A stretch of DNA of 64,000 nt from Octopus vulgaris (Eukaryota). The notes under the pieces were generated by a model. It ran no database searches. It was given only the letters and a program-made list of their open reading frames with translations, and had not been told where the DNA came from. A program made the position numbers and the translations under genes. Numbering within the stretch: position 1 is the first letter of the stretch; every line of letters starts with the position of its first letter. The stretch lies in NCBI GenBank assembly GCA_951406725.2, contig OX597818.1, positions 101,246,001 to 101,310,000 of the forward strand. Direction: 5' to 3'. Below are positions 26,353-41,300 of this stretch, piece after piece.

Positions 26353-26659
26353 GTAAGTGATAAATATCCGTATGCCTGTGATTTAAAGAATGAGTCACGA
26401 TGCAAGCGAGCGCGTTTCCAAAAGAGAATGCAATAGAGTGCTTAACATACACATGACCAAAAGTCAGCAGACACCAAATCGAACTTCAATAAATGATTGA
26501 TATTCAATTCTTATTTATTCATTTGGAAACATTCGTCGCCCAAGGACTTCGGTTTGAGCAATTTTCCTGTTTCGTATATCGATATTTTATTTCATTCATT
26601 CAGTTCTTAAATATTAATAAATGTGGGAAGTAAATGACTTTGATTTACTGTCAGGTACA

Positions 26660-26696
26660 TTGGGGCCAACGATGTATATATACCTATATATATACA

Positions 26697-26768
<72 letters not shown>

Positions 26769-26978
26769 TACACACACACATATATATATATACATATATA
26801 AATATATGTATATATACATATAGATATATACATACATATATACATATATATATGCATACCTATATGCACATAGACACACATTCACATATAACTGTTTCCA
26901 AGTATATATATGTACGTATATAGCTGTAGAATATAGATGAAAGGAGACCACGTGGCCATATATATAACGGGAAGCTTT

Positions 26979-27070
<92 letters not shown>
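26660..27070. repeat. (TA)n-rich low-complexity block
   Basis: Directly visible. Confidence 0.9.
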
Positions 27071-27072
<2 letters not shown>

Positions 27073-27411
27073 CACTGTTCGGATGACATTAACACTCCTA
27101 ATGACCCTAAAGATTAAAAAGATTTTCCTGGTCTTATATAGTACCTTTTATGACTTTCTCCCCAACTTAATTTTGTTCCAGCCCACTCAGCTGGAAAAAA
27201 ATAAGTTGTAGCTGTAATTCAAAGGGGCGATTCTTGTCACGTTGTGTGTGAGGCTGAATCTCACTAAGAACTACGTTCATGATATGCATAACTGTGGAAT
27301 GTTCAGGCACTAGTGCGTTTATTTTATGTTCGTGTGGTAATGAAAAGTGAAATTGATAACCAATATTTGCTGTAGTTATTTGTTTTCGATTTAACAATGT
27401 AACTCATCTAT

Positions 27412-27418
27412 ATATCTG

Positions 27419-27505
<87 letters not shown>
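27412..27505. repeat. (TATC)n tetranucleotide microsatellite
   Basis: Directly visible. Confidence 0.95.
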
Positions 27506-28129
27506 GCCTTCCTATCTACTCTTTTTCGATCTACGTCTCTACTGTTATTTCAATGTATGTATCAGTGTACTCTGAAAATACTAATAAATATTTGAAAATA
27601 CAAAACAAATGTCACCTTCTGTTCTATCACAACTCACAGTCTCTCTCCCACTCTCTTTATTTTTTGGTCTCGCTTCATCTCTATCCCTCCCCTATCCCAC
27701 TGTTAATCTAACAATGTGTGTATGTGCCTATGTATATATCAGCTTTTCTTTCGATGTATGCATCAGTCTATATGAAAATACTGATAAACATTTAATAATG
27801 ATAAATAGAATTCCACCTTCCTTTCAGCCAACACTCACTGTCTCTCTTTCACTCTCTTTCTCTCTCTTTCTTTTTCACTTCCTCTCTGTCCCTCATCTCT
27901 CCCGCTTTGCCACTTACTTCAACTATATATCCTCAGCTTAACACCTTTTATTTTCCTTTTTTCTTTATACCCTCCAGACCTTTTCCCTCCTTCTTTGGGG
28001 TAAGTGCGATACAGAACACAGGTACGTATGTAAAAAAAAAACAACAAATGTTAGCATATTAATATTATTGATAAGTATATATTTATGTATGTGTTTGTTC
28101 GAGTAATTGTGTCTGTGTGTGTATGTCCT

Positions 28130-28790
28130 GCTTGAAGAAAATACTAAAATTGAAGAGATTAGGTTATATTGACAAGAATATAATATTCAGAACAAATACA
28201 GGCAGTGATATAGATGCAGCTGAAATCAATAACTTTCAGTGGGATTGCATGGAAAGTTACATTTCCACATGTTTTGCAATCAAAGAAAATGTAATTTAAG
28301 AAACAATGAAAATATGACTATTTGCAATAGCCGCTGCACAATTAGAAAAAAAAAAGAAGAAAATATGACAAGTTGAGTTGCACTAATGTTTCAAATATAG
28401 TGAATTCCGAACTGGTGAAAACTGTGATACTGCAACTCATTTGGACAAATGCAAGACATAGACATGCAGAAATATTTTGCAATCAAATGATCAGGATTGT
28501 ACATTTAAAATTTTAACAAAATTGTTCGCTTTCCTGATGACCAAGCTATCGGTTTTTGAACACATTGGACTGTTGCAAGGGAAATTTTCAAGTACCACGT
28601 GAAAAAGAAGATGAAGAGTAATGCAGCAGTTTTTTCACATGGTTTTCTTTAACTGGGTTACCTGCAAATATATCCGCATTCGGAAATTTAATTAAGAGAA
28701 AGAGAGAAAGCGATGACAGACTGAAACGATGCTATTATGTTGTATAGTATGACGAAGCTGCAGAAAGCTATGGAGCATGACTATGTCAGA
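28130..28790 (+). mobile_element. probable pogo/Tigger (DDE_1) C-terminal remnant
   Basis: IDAAEINNFQWDCMESYISTCFAIKE resembles the DAIxxIxxAWxxVxxxTIxxCF motif; decayed. Confidence 0.35.
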
Positions 28791-28918
28791 GACGGATTTG
28801 AACGATTGCTAAAATACATTAAATGCTCCAACGGAAGAATGCTCTGATTCGAGAGATAATCTCTCATCGGAAATCTGACAACTGAGAGAACAAAAGTCAT
28901 TGCATTGAAAATGGATTA

Positions 28919-29266
28919 TTACCTCCGCCTTAGCGAAGGTGGAGTTATTGTTTTCAGTCGTGTTTGTTTGCTTGTTTGTCCGTGGATAAAATATCTCAAG
29001 TACCACCTGATGGATTCGGATGAAACGTTCAGAGATGATTAGCCTCGTGACTGGCACGAAATGATTTAATTTTGGGTACCGGATAAGGATTGTGCTTTTT
29101 TTTTACTAAATTTCGAGAGCCGTCGGGTTCATCTTTTGTATTCTCATCTGTGAGATCAGCTGTGATAATTTCAGATATTCTCATTTCAAAATTCATCTCT
29201 GACACATCGTTGAGAGGACGTTGGTGTTGCATTGGCGGAGGCTTGCGTTCTGTGAGTGCTCTTCTT
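28919..29266 (+). mobile_element. HINE/DINE-1-like element
   Basis: TT|ACCTCCGCCTTAGCGAAGGTGGAG hairpin, (GTTT)n, distal GGCGGAGG + GCGTTC-tgt-GAGTGC palindrome; inverted relative to 25425-25750. Confidence 0.8.
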
Positions 29267-29479
29267 TATGTTATTGTTGTAAAACCACTTCCTTCTTCAA
29301 TGTGTCTACGCAACGTCAATAGAACATTTCGGTGTTTTCTTTCTTTATTATATTCGGTACCGGTGACATATTTTTAAGTGATTTTTAACATATTCAAATT
29401 TATGAATTGATGAGGGAAGATGGCATTGTTTTGCATATTTATTATATATTCAATGATAATGGTAATTAGGCAGGAATGG

Positions 29480-31510
29480 ATGCCAAGTGAGACTATGATG
29501 AGTTCATTCCCAATTCTGTTGGTCTAAGTTTGAAGATCTGGTATGTCTAAGGTATACAATATTTTCTGCATTCATCTTTGATACTCTTATAGTTCATCGA
29601 ATATCAAAATTTGTCTACGAGTGTAGTTTAAATTCCTGAATAAGTGCATAATTTTGTATTCTATTTTAACTCGGTAATTTGCTTAAGATGCTGCTGTCAA
29701 CAGTCTTTGTATAGCTGCAGCTGATTTTTCCTAATAACATACACTTACTCAATAATTCATAATATATATATTTAGTTGGAAAGTAATTGTCAATTTAGGC
29801 GTCTTAGTGAATGGCGTCAGCAAAACTAACTCTATCACGCTTGCATGTAACTGTAATTTCTCGGTTTATGCCGTAAGGTTTACGATATGTTTACTCTCTA
29901 ATTGTAGTTATTTGTTTGGTGACCGATGGTAAGCTGTCACTTTTTACTAGCTTATTACAAGATAGATGAAATTAATTCGAATCTATGTATAAGATGCATT
30001 ATAATGCCACACCTTTTGTGATATCAGGAATATTTGTGATATTTCTTGCTTCTGAAGTTATAGACAGGTCAATGAATAGTTCAGATTTTTTTAAAGGTGT
30101 CTCTGATCATTCTATATCTGAAAAGAATTAGAGCGGCTGAAGATATAGCGTACATTAAATCATAATTGATTGATATTAATGAATGACAACTTATCCTCAT
30201 CAGATTTGTAATTTCAAAACTGAAGAGATTATAGATTCCAAACACTGCTTTACACTACATCCTCTTGCTTCGTTCAAGTTTTTCAGTTAGAATAAGTCTC
30301 AGAATTGTTTCCATGCTGCTTCGTGGCGCACGAAATAGCAGTCCCTTAGTATTACATGTACAGTGTCCTAATTATAGATACTCCTTCTACTTCCTATGTA
30401 GTATGACGAAAGTAGCATTATAGAGATGCTATAGAGATTATATGTCACTTTCGTTATCCAATGGGAGGTGCTTTTGTGTTTATTCTCTTTCTAAACACTC
30501 ACCAGATATATGAAGGAGAGGTGACTGCAGCGAAATTTAACGTACAAACTCGAATGCGAGTTTATTTGCCATGTGCCACCATGTCAGATCTATTCTCTAG
30601 GATTATTTGCAATATGATCCACGGATTTCATTTATTTAATGAGCAGCTAAATTACTGCGAGTCTATGCTGAGGGGAGACGTGTGGCAGTATATTTACATG
30701 TATGCTGAAGTACATACAACCATACATATATACACATACCTTAAATCTTCGAGTATAGTCCTCCCTTGAGTATAATACGGAGGGGATTTTCAGGGGCTGT
30801 ACTTCTGATAATACCTAAACCTTGTGTATAATAGCCACCCCTTCTCTGACTTGAGTCCGGGAGGTCTATATAACGTCATTGGTTTGTAAAAATGTATACG
30901 GTAACGTCCTTTATTATTATTGTATATATAACATAATGCAAACGTGTAGCTTTTTTGTGCATTTTCTTTGCAGAAACTAAAGAAATATCAGTAATAACAG
31001 TAGTAACATTTAATAAATGTTGCTTACTGCAAGTTATGGGGCTTAGCTTTAAGTATTTTCGCGCCCCACATCACAAAATGCGTCTCAATAAGCATCGCTG
31101 GACAGCAAATAGAGACTTGGATATTGCTTGGACATTTTTAACTTCGTATATAGTACGCACTAGTGATTACGACCTTTAAATCTGCGGGAAAATGCGGATT
31201 ATACTCGAGGATTTACGGTATATAAACACATTTATGGATAATATATGTGACATGACTGAGTCTGTGTTTTGTATTCAAATGAATGATGATAGATTTGGGT
31301 TGAGTCATATGAGTATTTGTTCCCCTTCTTCATTCTTCAGTGCTCAAATTGCTTTGACCATTATCTCAAGAATGTCTGCAGTCGATGTTATAGATATTCT
31401 CAGAATCTGTCTTAATACTTAAGAACTTCAAACTTTTACTTAGACGCAGAATTTCGACATCCATATTGCTCTCCATTGTTGTCATTGAGACATTTTGCAG
31501 AATAACTAAA
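29480..31510 (-). mobile_element. very old RTE-like LINE remnant interrupted by a MITE
   Basis: Faint motifs in the expected order on the minus strand: MVKAI*ALKNE (31340), NYRGISL-like (30700), GFR-like (30530), GVKQ-like (30255). Confidence 0.4.
30739..31218. mobile_element. Tc1/mariner-superfamily MITE (pogo/Tc2-like CCGTA ends)
   Basis: TIRs CCTTAAATCTTCGAGTATAGTCC / GGATTATACTCGAGGATTTACGG with TA on both sides (30737-38 and 31219-20). Confidence 0.85.
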
Positions 31511-32842
31511 CACTATGCTGTCGCATATGATATCTAGAGTGATACGCTTATTATATATTTTTTTATTTCGGACGCGCTTATATACTTGTGTATGTGGGCG
31601 TGTGTGTGTGTGCATGTGTGTGCGCGTATGTTTGTGTGTATGTGTACTTTAACTGTGGACTAACAACGCAATTAATCATTTCATTTGGAAAGTATCTCTA
31701 GAATGGAAGCGTTTACCGGCATATTGAGCAATAATGTAAATTGTTTCCGCATGACACCAATGACAGATTTGCTAATCCAAACACAAACCATATTTATCTA
31801 CTGTATGCTGTGTTGATCACTGACTCGCAAAGTTTGATACTATGGACACACATTCAAACTCAGAGAATTGTATATATATATATATACATATGCACGTGTG
31901 TATGTGTGTGTAATGCTCTTTTTATATATTATCTAGTGTAATATCTTAGATATATAAAGGAGGAAATTTATCTGAATGTGGACGATTAGTCCACGTGCTT
32001 GGTGCGTTGAGTGAATCTAGCCAAAATATTGGTTGCTTAGCAATTAGAAATAATGATGTATCTGTGTGAACCATATCAATGGATGTCTCCATCTTATACT
32101 GAGCTAAACATTGGAGATATATGATATACTGTGTAAAAGAGATTTGAAAGTGTGTAAAATTCAATGCATTAACGTAAACTACCTCGTTCTATCAAATCTT
32201 TAGTATTAAGTTTGATATCAAATCAATAATATATGGTGGAGCCTTTCATGATATTGTTAATCATAGAAATGTTCAGAATGATTTCTCAAATATACTCTAA
32301 AAGATGTGTGAAGCTAATAAATAAGATGATACAAAAACTATATATTTCAGGGAAGAAATATGAAGGGAAAATATTACGCCTGGGGACGTAATTTGTCGTT
32401 CATGCTGTTTACCTAATCTTCACATTTATTTTCGATATCTTTATAATCTATTTCGAACGAATATAAAAATTGGCAGAATGTCTTAAATTGAACACATCAA
32501 TTTCATTGGTCACAATGTTATTTATTGTATAAATAATTATATTCCAGTGTGTCATAAAAATGCCAATAAATTATTTCCTCGTGACATCATTACATATATT
32601 AACATTCTAAATTTTTATTGTAGTAGCAATACTTTATGTAACAATCAAATAACAATGCATAGTCTTTGCCATTTGTAAACAGTTACTGAAGGGATACACA
32701 ATCTATTTTGTTTTTGTTTCATGACAATACATTTATCCCTAAGTATGTATAATACATATTGTTCTTTATCACTGAAGGACTTTTGGCGTATTTTTGTCTA
32801 GAGACAAGGCTTCTCTTTACTTCAACTCTAAGAATAGTATTA

Positions 32843-33333
<491 letters not shown>

Positions 33334-35868
33334 ATAGTATAATGAAATTATATTTTTCTTTCCTGTCTAAACTTTCAGTTCCATAAGAGACGTACTATGA
33401 ATTAAAATGCGCGTGAAAACAGGTGCTGAAGAAATACTCGAATATTTGAAGTTAACGGTTTGCTATTCATCATTAACACAATGATTGGAGCCAAAGGGGA
33501 CATATTTGTATGGGGGGTTGGATTTGTTAGAAACAGCTAAAGTTTCCATCCATAAGGTTGTAGTGATGCCAGCGTTTCATATATACTAACCCATTCCATC
33601 AGAGTGAAGGCAGACATGAACGGTAACGACGACAACGTAGGCAACATTCACAACAACAACAACAGCAGCAACAACACTGGAGATATGGTAATGTGTAGCT
33701 CTAACAGAGATAAAGGGATTTCTGGTATACTACCATTGAAATATTGTATGAATGGATTATACATGAATGACTAACCCCAAATCGAAAGAGAATTTCTATC
33801 TAGAATCATCTGGAAAATTACACGTGATGCACACTGCCTCCAATATTCAAATTATTTCTTTGAACCAAACTCTGGAACCATAAGATTTAACGCATCCTAG
33901 TGTATTGTAATTATATTACCTGCTAAATACACAGACGAGAAACAAAGTACATCCCTAAATTGAAAATCTGTTGTCGGTTATTCATTATTTTGATGCACTT
34001 TTTACTGAAAACGCTTTGTAAATTAATTACGTTAGTGTCTTTAATATTCCTCTATCCTAATGAATTGGCAAATATCGAGTCTAATAAACAACAGAGGATT
34101 TATTGGAACACTGCCATTAATTTCCTTTACAGCATTAGCACATAATGCATTACGGTGTTAATATTTGTTTAATGGCTTGGTTAGTACGCTTAGTTAACAT
34201 ACCTGAATGTGTCTCAGCTACAAGTATGACTAGTTTAAGCATATATTATCAGAATCATTGACGTAACATTATAGCAGAGGGAAACAGAATTCTACACTGT
34301 AAACATCAAGGTCTTCATTCTCATTTGATATATTTGACCCAACTCAGAGTTATAGCGTGGATGCAAGAAATAAATGACGGCCATTAAATTAACTAAATGG
34401 TCGTATGATTATCCTTATGTATGCTTATCAAAATTTTGTAACACATTTTCGTCAATGCAGGTTAATTACCAAACCGATAATAGTTTAATTCTTAGTAGTT
34501 ATCCTATATCTTAAAAAAATATTTAAAAGTATCTAAATCTTCATAATATTTGATTATCCACAAGACCTTTCACCTTTAAGTAAGAACCAGATACGCAGGC
34601 ATCTATCTTCATGGGAAAATTATAACATCGGATTTGTATTTTTTACATCAATGATCTTCATGTCATCTAATTTCCAACTCATCAATCACTTGGAAGTCAG
34701 CAAATGTCACCAGATAAAGCTGAAATATTTCAGAATTTGTAAGAGATAGTGCCACATAACAACATAAACCTCTTGCAAAATAAATATAGCGATTTCTACC
34801 TCAAAATCTAATCAACGTTAACTACAAATATTTTACTGAAATGCAATTAGAATCTTACTGAAATATATGCACTCACATTCGCACATAAACAGTCACTCAC
34901 ACATGCATACACACCTTCACTCTCACACACGCACATGTGCCTTTGTGTGTGTTATAGGCAGACAAACACTCATACACACTCTCATATATACGTAGTACAT
35001 TCATATATAACTGCGTAGATATATACAAACAAACAGGCATATATAAATGTCAATTCATAGAAGGGTCACAGTGTGTAATTTCGTTATAATTTTCCTATGC
35101 TTGTATATACAAACGATTTTGATCGTTGTGAAAAGGGCAAACGGTTACTGCAGCACAGATATTATTCACTGCAACAACGAATATGTGCAATGTAAAACGT
35201 CAATGTTTTTTCAGATTCTTTGTATATACAAGCATATGACTCAATGCCGCGAAACGGAAAGAAAGAGTAATGATGAAGTTTTATGCTGTATTATGTTGTT
35301 CACTTTGGAAGTAATAAAGGCAAATTTCCCTGATAGGCAAAGAGGGGTTAAAGTGATTTCATGTTTGGTGTTTATAAAATTGATGTCTCAAAGGTGAAAA
35401 TACTTTTCAGGTGAATAAATACTTCTAATTTATAATGAGTGACATGGTGTTTTTGTGGTGAGTAACGAATTTTCCAGCCCACCGACATTACGCTCTGGAC
35501 GTTTTCTGATATAAGCTAGGAATGGAAACATTTTGCACTGTAGCGTATTTGATTGCAATACATTCGATTCTGTAGTGGTATCGAAATCTTAACGGAATAA
35601 AGGGAAGTCGAATCTAGGTTTGAAAATGTTTCTAAATATCTGTGGTATATGCTACAAACGAATTAACAAATTCACTGCAGTTAATGAATCTATTTTAGAC
35701 ACGAAGTCAGCAAACAGTGGAACAGTAACTTCATCATGATAATCCCGTATTTGATTGCTCCGGTAATTAATTTATTATTTATTTAAAATATAAAGGTAAC
35801 CGGGGGTGCGACGACATCGAAATTATTCCAGTATTGTGGTAAGCGTAAAATATTACGTTATTATTATT

Positions 35869-35962
35869 GAGTGAGAGATCAGTGCATGCCAACAAAGTGA
35901 CACAGGGTGTGCAAATATACGAAGGCCAATATACCTATCATGACTACACGTCTAATAATGGG
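35869..35962 (-). mobile_element. truncated copy of the TAA-embedded element at 55270-55800
   Basis: gagtgagagatcagtgcatgccaacaaagtgacac...atcatgactac matches 55270-55350; preceded by (TTA)n. Confidence 0.8.
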
Positions 35963-35969
35963 CTCTGGT

Positions 35970-36600
35970 ATTGTCACTATCGATGAATGTGAAGAAGGGC
36001 AGAAGTTGCCGAGCCAAACAATGTTTCGATTTGCACAACCTGGAACACGCATTTCAGAGCTATGTGTTGGTTACAACGCGAGGAAGAGAAGCTGGCGTAA
36101 ACAACAAGGTAGAAAAGACTCTCATGTGTATGTAACGAGATCTGGCTCATGTGTCAAAGCATTTTGGATCGTTGAGTTCCTGTTCGACAGAGTAGCTCTC
36201 CCTCTATGAATCACAGCATAATTCTCATACTTGACAGGGAACTCACATTGTACGCGACGTATTTAATAAGACGAACTTGTTCAATTAACACAAATAGTGT
36301 TCCACATGCCTTGGAAATATGATGGTTCTCTCTATGCGTCAACTCGGAGGCCAGTGGCATTCCGCTGCACGTAAAATGAACGGAGAGATTCTCTGGGGTT
36401 ATACTGCAGCAGATATGTTCATCTATTATCAAACGACAGAAGGTGAAAAACATCCCATCGCAATATATAAACTTGTATTAAGGAGTAGATTTGCATGTTG
36501 CGTTTATGGCCTGAAGGCCAAGATGCAAAGTGCATTGTTGGGAGACACGTGAGAGCTCTCTCTCTGTCCTCAATGAAAAACAGGAGGGAGAATATCCCCA
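35970..36600 (+). mobile_element. possible RTE LINE 3' remnant
   Basis: RQLGGQWHSAARKMNGE...YYQTTEGEKHP weakly resembles RLRWLGHVxRM...LYGELxxGKRP. Confidence 0.3.
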
Positions 36601-38510
36601 CTACAGCTGATATCACAACCCCAACACCACCAGCAGTTTACAGCAGTATCAACAACACTAGCATGACAGATAAAGAGAAAGAGCAGAATTAACTCACACC
36701 TAAAATAGCAAAAGAAATAGTATACAAAAACGTGAGCTGCAGCATGACAGAAAGATCAGCAACTATAAAAAGGATAGCGACAATAACAGAACCCACATAA
36801 CCCACCCATCTCTAATTTCATTTAATACCTCCTTTCCTTCCCCAACCGCACACATGTGTTTTTGCGATGCAGAAATAGCGTCTTTAGAGGAGGAGAAACA
36901 GCAAAGAATACTTTAAGAAAGAAAATGAAAACTAAGATAAATTCCACCAATCGCTTTGGATGGACCACATTATCTCGACTATATCGCCTTCGGAGCACAA
37001 AGAAGTCCAGCGTGATTGGACCAGCAGCTACAGTTACTCCATAATTAACTGAAAAATAAAACCACAAGGATGAACAGCATTAGGAACCGGACTCAAGAGT
37101 ACATGAACACTCCCAAACGAAACTTTGTGCTGATAAAGAACAAAAAATTGGCGATTTATCACAAAGACAGAAAATATAGCATCACTTATATTCGCCAGCT
37201 GTGATTCAATACCACTTGACTTTTGGGTTGCTTTGAATTTTGTTGAATGCCTGAACTTGCTTTGGTGCTTGACATTAGTTCTCATGGTTTACCTTCCAAA
37301 TTCTCTAGTTTTCGCGGTAGTAGCTTAGGACTTATTACCAACAGAAAACACGAAAGTATCTACGCAGCTCTTATGGTTTTTTTTTCGTGACAATATACCA
37401 GTCTCGAAAACCATGACGGGGTGTCAATATAACCATTGAAATTCATTCAGCGTTCAGGCCCACCACTTCTCTTGAATTATGGATCAAATTTCAGAGTTCA
37501 AATTTCCCGAAATTGTCTTTTAACTTTCTTCCGTTTGGGGTTCATGAAATAAATATCCGCTGAGCACTGGGGGTTGGGGGCAATCTAATCGACTATTCCC
37601 CAAAATTTCAGGCTTTGTGATCAAAGTAGAAATGATGCCTATAAAAATTTTAAACACATTCAAAATTAAGAGCTATATTTATTGTACATCCTCTGTTCAT
37701 AAATTTAGTTTTTTTAAAACAATACTATGGCACAATTATTTAAAGTTGATGCGGAAGTTGTGGCGATGATAGATACACACTTTCTTACACACCCTCGAAC
37801 CCTCGCACTTATTGCGCCAGCGCACGCAATGTTTTTGCCAACTTTAAGGAAAAAACATATCAGTTGAAAAATAACGCTCTTCTGTATATTCATGAAATCT
37901 CATTTCATGACTTCATCTGACGGAATTCAGATTCCTGAATTGAATTCCAAGACTTTAAAAAATAAGTAAACCAGAATGTGGAGTGACAAATCTGTTTGTA
38001 TAGTATATTTTTATACACATATAAAAATATTAATACGAAGTCCGTTTCCTCTTCGTCCATAGAGACAAGAGATGTATTTTAATGTATCAATACAATGAAA
38101 TAAATATATTTCTCTCTTGATTCTATAAAATATGATATTGATAAATAGAATGTTTCATACGACTCTAGAGGGAATAGCTATAAAAGTGATGATATACAAT
38201 TATTTCAAATGCGATTTTATATTTTAATATCTGTATAATATGTGTAGCAAAAGAATATACACACACGCACACGCATACGCAGATATATATGGACACGCGC
38301 TCATATATGAGTACACATATTTATATACGTGTGTGTGTGTATGTGTGTGTTTACGTATAATAACATACATTGAGAAATAGTGGACCACATGTGTTCATTG
38401 CAGGAGAATGACGGAGATCTCTTTGTATCCAAGTACAAGGCAATAGCAATTATTTACGTATATGAATGTATATGTATTATATATGATTGTGTGGGTATAT
38501 GCATATATGC

Positions 38511-38546
<36 letters not shown>

Positions 38547-38592
38547 ATATTTATATATACATTCAAACATACATATATGGGTGCATATACTT

Positions 38593-38632
<40 letters not shown>

Positions 38633-39697
38633 TACAGCGAATGATTATGGGGAATAATTTGGGAAGCGTCTAAAGTAATTAATATGGTGAGTGAAAAGTA
38701 ATTCAATCATATACAACGGAAATCTTAATGAGCATTACATTCATTTGGTCTAATGACATTCACTGGAACATAGAACAAACAAAAATAATCTCAATTTCGA
38801 TTGAATAAAAAATTTCCATGGAGTTTAATCAAAAAATACGTTTTATACACTTTTACTGTTCTAAAGATATCAAAAAAAAATTTTTTTTCTTCGGAAATGA
38901 AAGAAGTATATTGAGATAAACGCATTGTTTTTGAGAGTTTAATATAAACAAAATGACACGGAAACAAATACGATAGTTACGCAGTGACATCAGCAAGTGT
39001 TTATACGGGAGATATCGAACTGAAACAGAAACATTTAAGTATGGTATATGGTAGTGAACAACGTAGTCAAAAAGATGTTACGACATGGATCATCATATTT
39101 CTTGAATCATCGGCAGCAGCATCTTGACCTACCCGAATCAATAAATCATATTCGTCTTTTGATAGTTAAATGTCAAATCTTTGGCCGCCATGACTGCTTA
39201 TGATAGCAGAAGTTAGATAAGCAAAGAGTTTGATTCTAGCCCTTGACAGTTTGTTAAAAGTTCATCCCTTCAGCATCGATTCATATTCGTCATTCACCCA
39301 ACAAACTGATTTGCTGAAATTGTTCACAAAGAACATGTTCCAACTTGTGATTTCAGTGTAACCCTGGCTCGGATGACTCCCAAGTGCAAAGCTTTGTAAA
39401 TAGGTCATCGCGATTTAATCTGGTGCTGATCATTCCTATTTTCACTAACGATATCTATTTCCATGCTTACTAACCAATGGTTGGGACCTTGATATGTGAT
39501 GTTATTCCAGGTCAAATAAGATGGAAGCAATATTGGTTAAGAACTGTTGTTAGACTCCTCAAAACTCTGGATCACCCGAACCATGGCAGCTAAGACGCAG
39601 CTGCATTATATTGGCGTCTGATGATCGGAGAATACTTAAACTGCTGGGACCAGAATATTTTCAGTTGAAATAAACCGTGTATTTATGCGCGTATAGT

Positions 39698-39910
39698 TGG
39701 CAAGCTTGTAGAAGCATTCGCTCGCACAATGATAAGCAATATTTCGTTTGTCTTTACGTTCTAAGTGAAATTCCACCAAGAACGACTTGGCCTTTTTTTA
39801 TACTTTCGAAGTCGATAAACTAAGTAGCAGTTAGTCAATGGGGAAGATGTAATTAATTAACCCCAACTTCTTCCAAAATATTGTGCCCTAGTGTATATAG
39901 TGGAAAGCAT
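39698..39910 (+). mobile_element. decayed family C SINE
   Basis: atttcg..tgtctttacgttct..gtcgataaactaagtagcagtt shared with 41085-41300. Confidence 0.7.
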
Positions 39911-40487
39911 TTAAACCCTTGTATGTGTATGGCTGTTTCTGTTTTATATTAGAACAATCAACTTATCTTCAAACGACTTCTCATTTTGCAGAATTACATC
40001 ATCTGTCAATTCAGGGTATTTCCAAAATGATATTTAGGGGCTACAGATATGTGCAAAATGAGTAAATTTAAAATGAAATACTAATCGAGTTTAGACGGTT
40101 AATACACAGAATAATATTTAAACTCCTAAAAATTGTTACTGAAATATAATAACTTGCTTGATAGCTCGCCCGTTACGCTTTATTTAAGAAGTGGAGAGGG
40201 GGTGAGTGAGTGGTGGAGTACAAGTGTGTAAGAGTGAGAGTGGATCGTGAGTAGAGAAGAAAAAGTAAGAAGTACCATTATACACTACGACCAAGAGTAT
40301 CCCGTAATGAGTTGAAGGGAGAAGTGAAAAGCGAGAGAAAAAGACGGTGAGAAATAGGAGAGAGCGAGAGAGAAAGAGGGTGAAAGAAATATTAACGGTA
40401 GTGTGAGGAGGGAAATTAAAGAAAAAGCGTTATATTTAGGATACAATATTCCGCAGAGGGTCATGTTCTGCTGGTGAGGTATTAACT

Positions 40488-40720
40488 AAGGCGGTTAGCT
40501 GGCAGAAACGTTAGAACGCCGGGCGAAATACTTAGCGGTATTTCGTCTGCTACAACGTTCTGAGTTCAAATTCCGCCGAGGTCGACTTTGCCTTTCATCC
40601 TTTCAGGGTCGATAAATTAAGTACCAGTTACGCACTGGGGGTCGATGTAATCGACTTAATACCTATGTCTGTCCTTGTTTGTCCCCTCTGTGTTTAGCCC
40701 TTGTGGGTAATAAAGAAATT
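40488..40720 (+). mobile_element. family C SINE (octopus OK / Nin-domain-like)
   Basis: Head ggcggttagctggcagaa..., B box GAGTTCAAATTCC, central tttcatcctttcagggtcgataaattaagtaccag; several copies in the window. Confidence 0.85.
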
Positions 40721-41084
40721 GTTATTACCTTCACCACCAGTGGAGAGAGGAGGCAGTTACATTAAGAGAGAGAGGAAGAGAGAGTGAGAAAGAAAGAGGG
40801 AGAGGGAGGGTGAGAGAGAGAGAGTAAGAGACAGAAAGGGGAGTGACAGGCTGATAGAATTTGTATTGCCAGAGTAGAGATACATCGACAGCAAAACAAT
40901 TATATATAAGCAAACAGCTGAACTGAAAAGAAATGAAATCAGCTTTGTTGCAGAAAATAATAGACATGATGATGATGATGATCATCATCATCATCAGGAT
41001 TATTGTGATGGTGTTGGTCGTTGTATTGATAGTGGAAGGTATTTGGTTTCTATTGATCTAAATATGTAATATTATTCTACTACC

Positions 41085-41300
41085 AAGGCGGCGTGCTGGC
41101 AGAAACGTTAGCACGCCGGGCGAAATGCTTAGACATACTTCGTCTGTCTTTACGTTCTGGGTTCAAAATCTGGCGAGGTAGTTACCATTCAACCTTTCGG
41201 GGTCGATAAATTAAGTACCAGTTGCATACTGGTGTCGATCTAATCGACTGCCCCCCTACCCCCCCAAAATTTCAGGCCTTGTGCCTAGAATAGAAAAAAA
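41085..41300 (+). mobile_element. family C SINE with a different 3' tail
   Basis: Colinear with 40488-40655, then diverges (cccccaaaatttcaggccttgtgcctag). Confidence 0.85.

Noticed and set aside
26646-26657. 12-nt match to miR-8 (tactgtcaggta)
   Set aside because: Seed-side bases differ and no precursor hairpin is visible.
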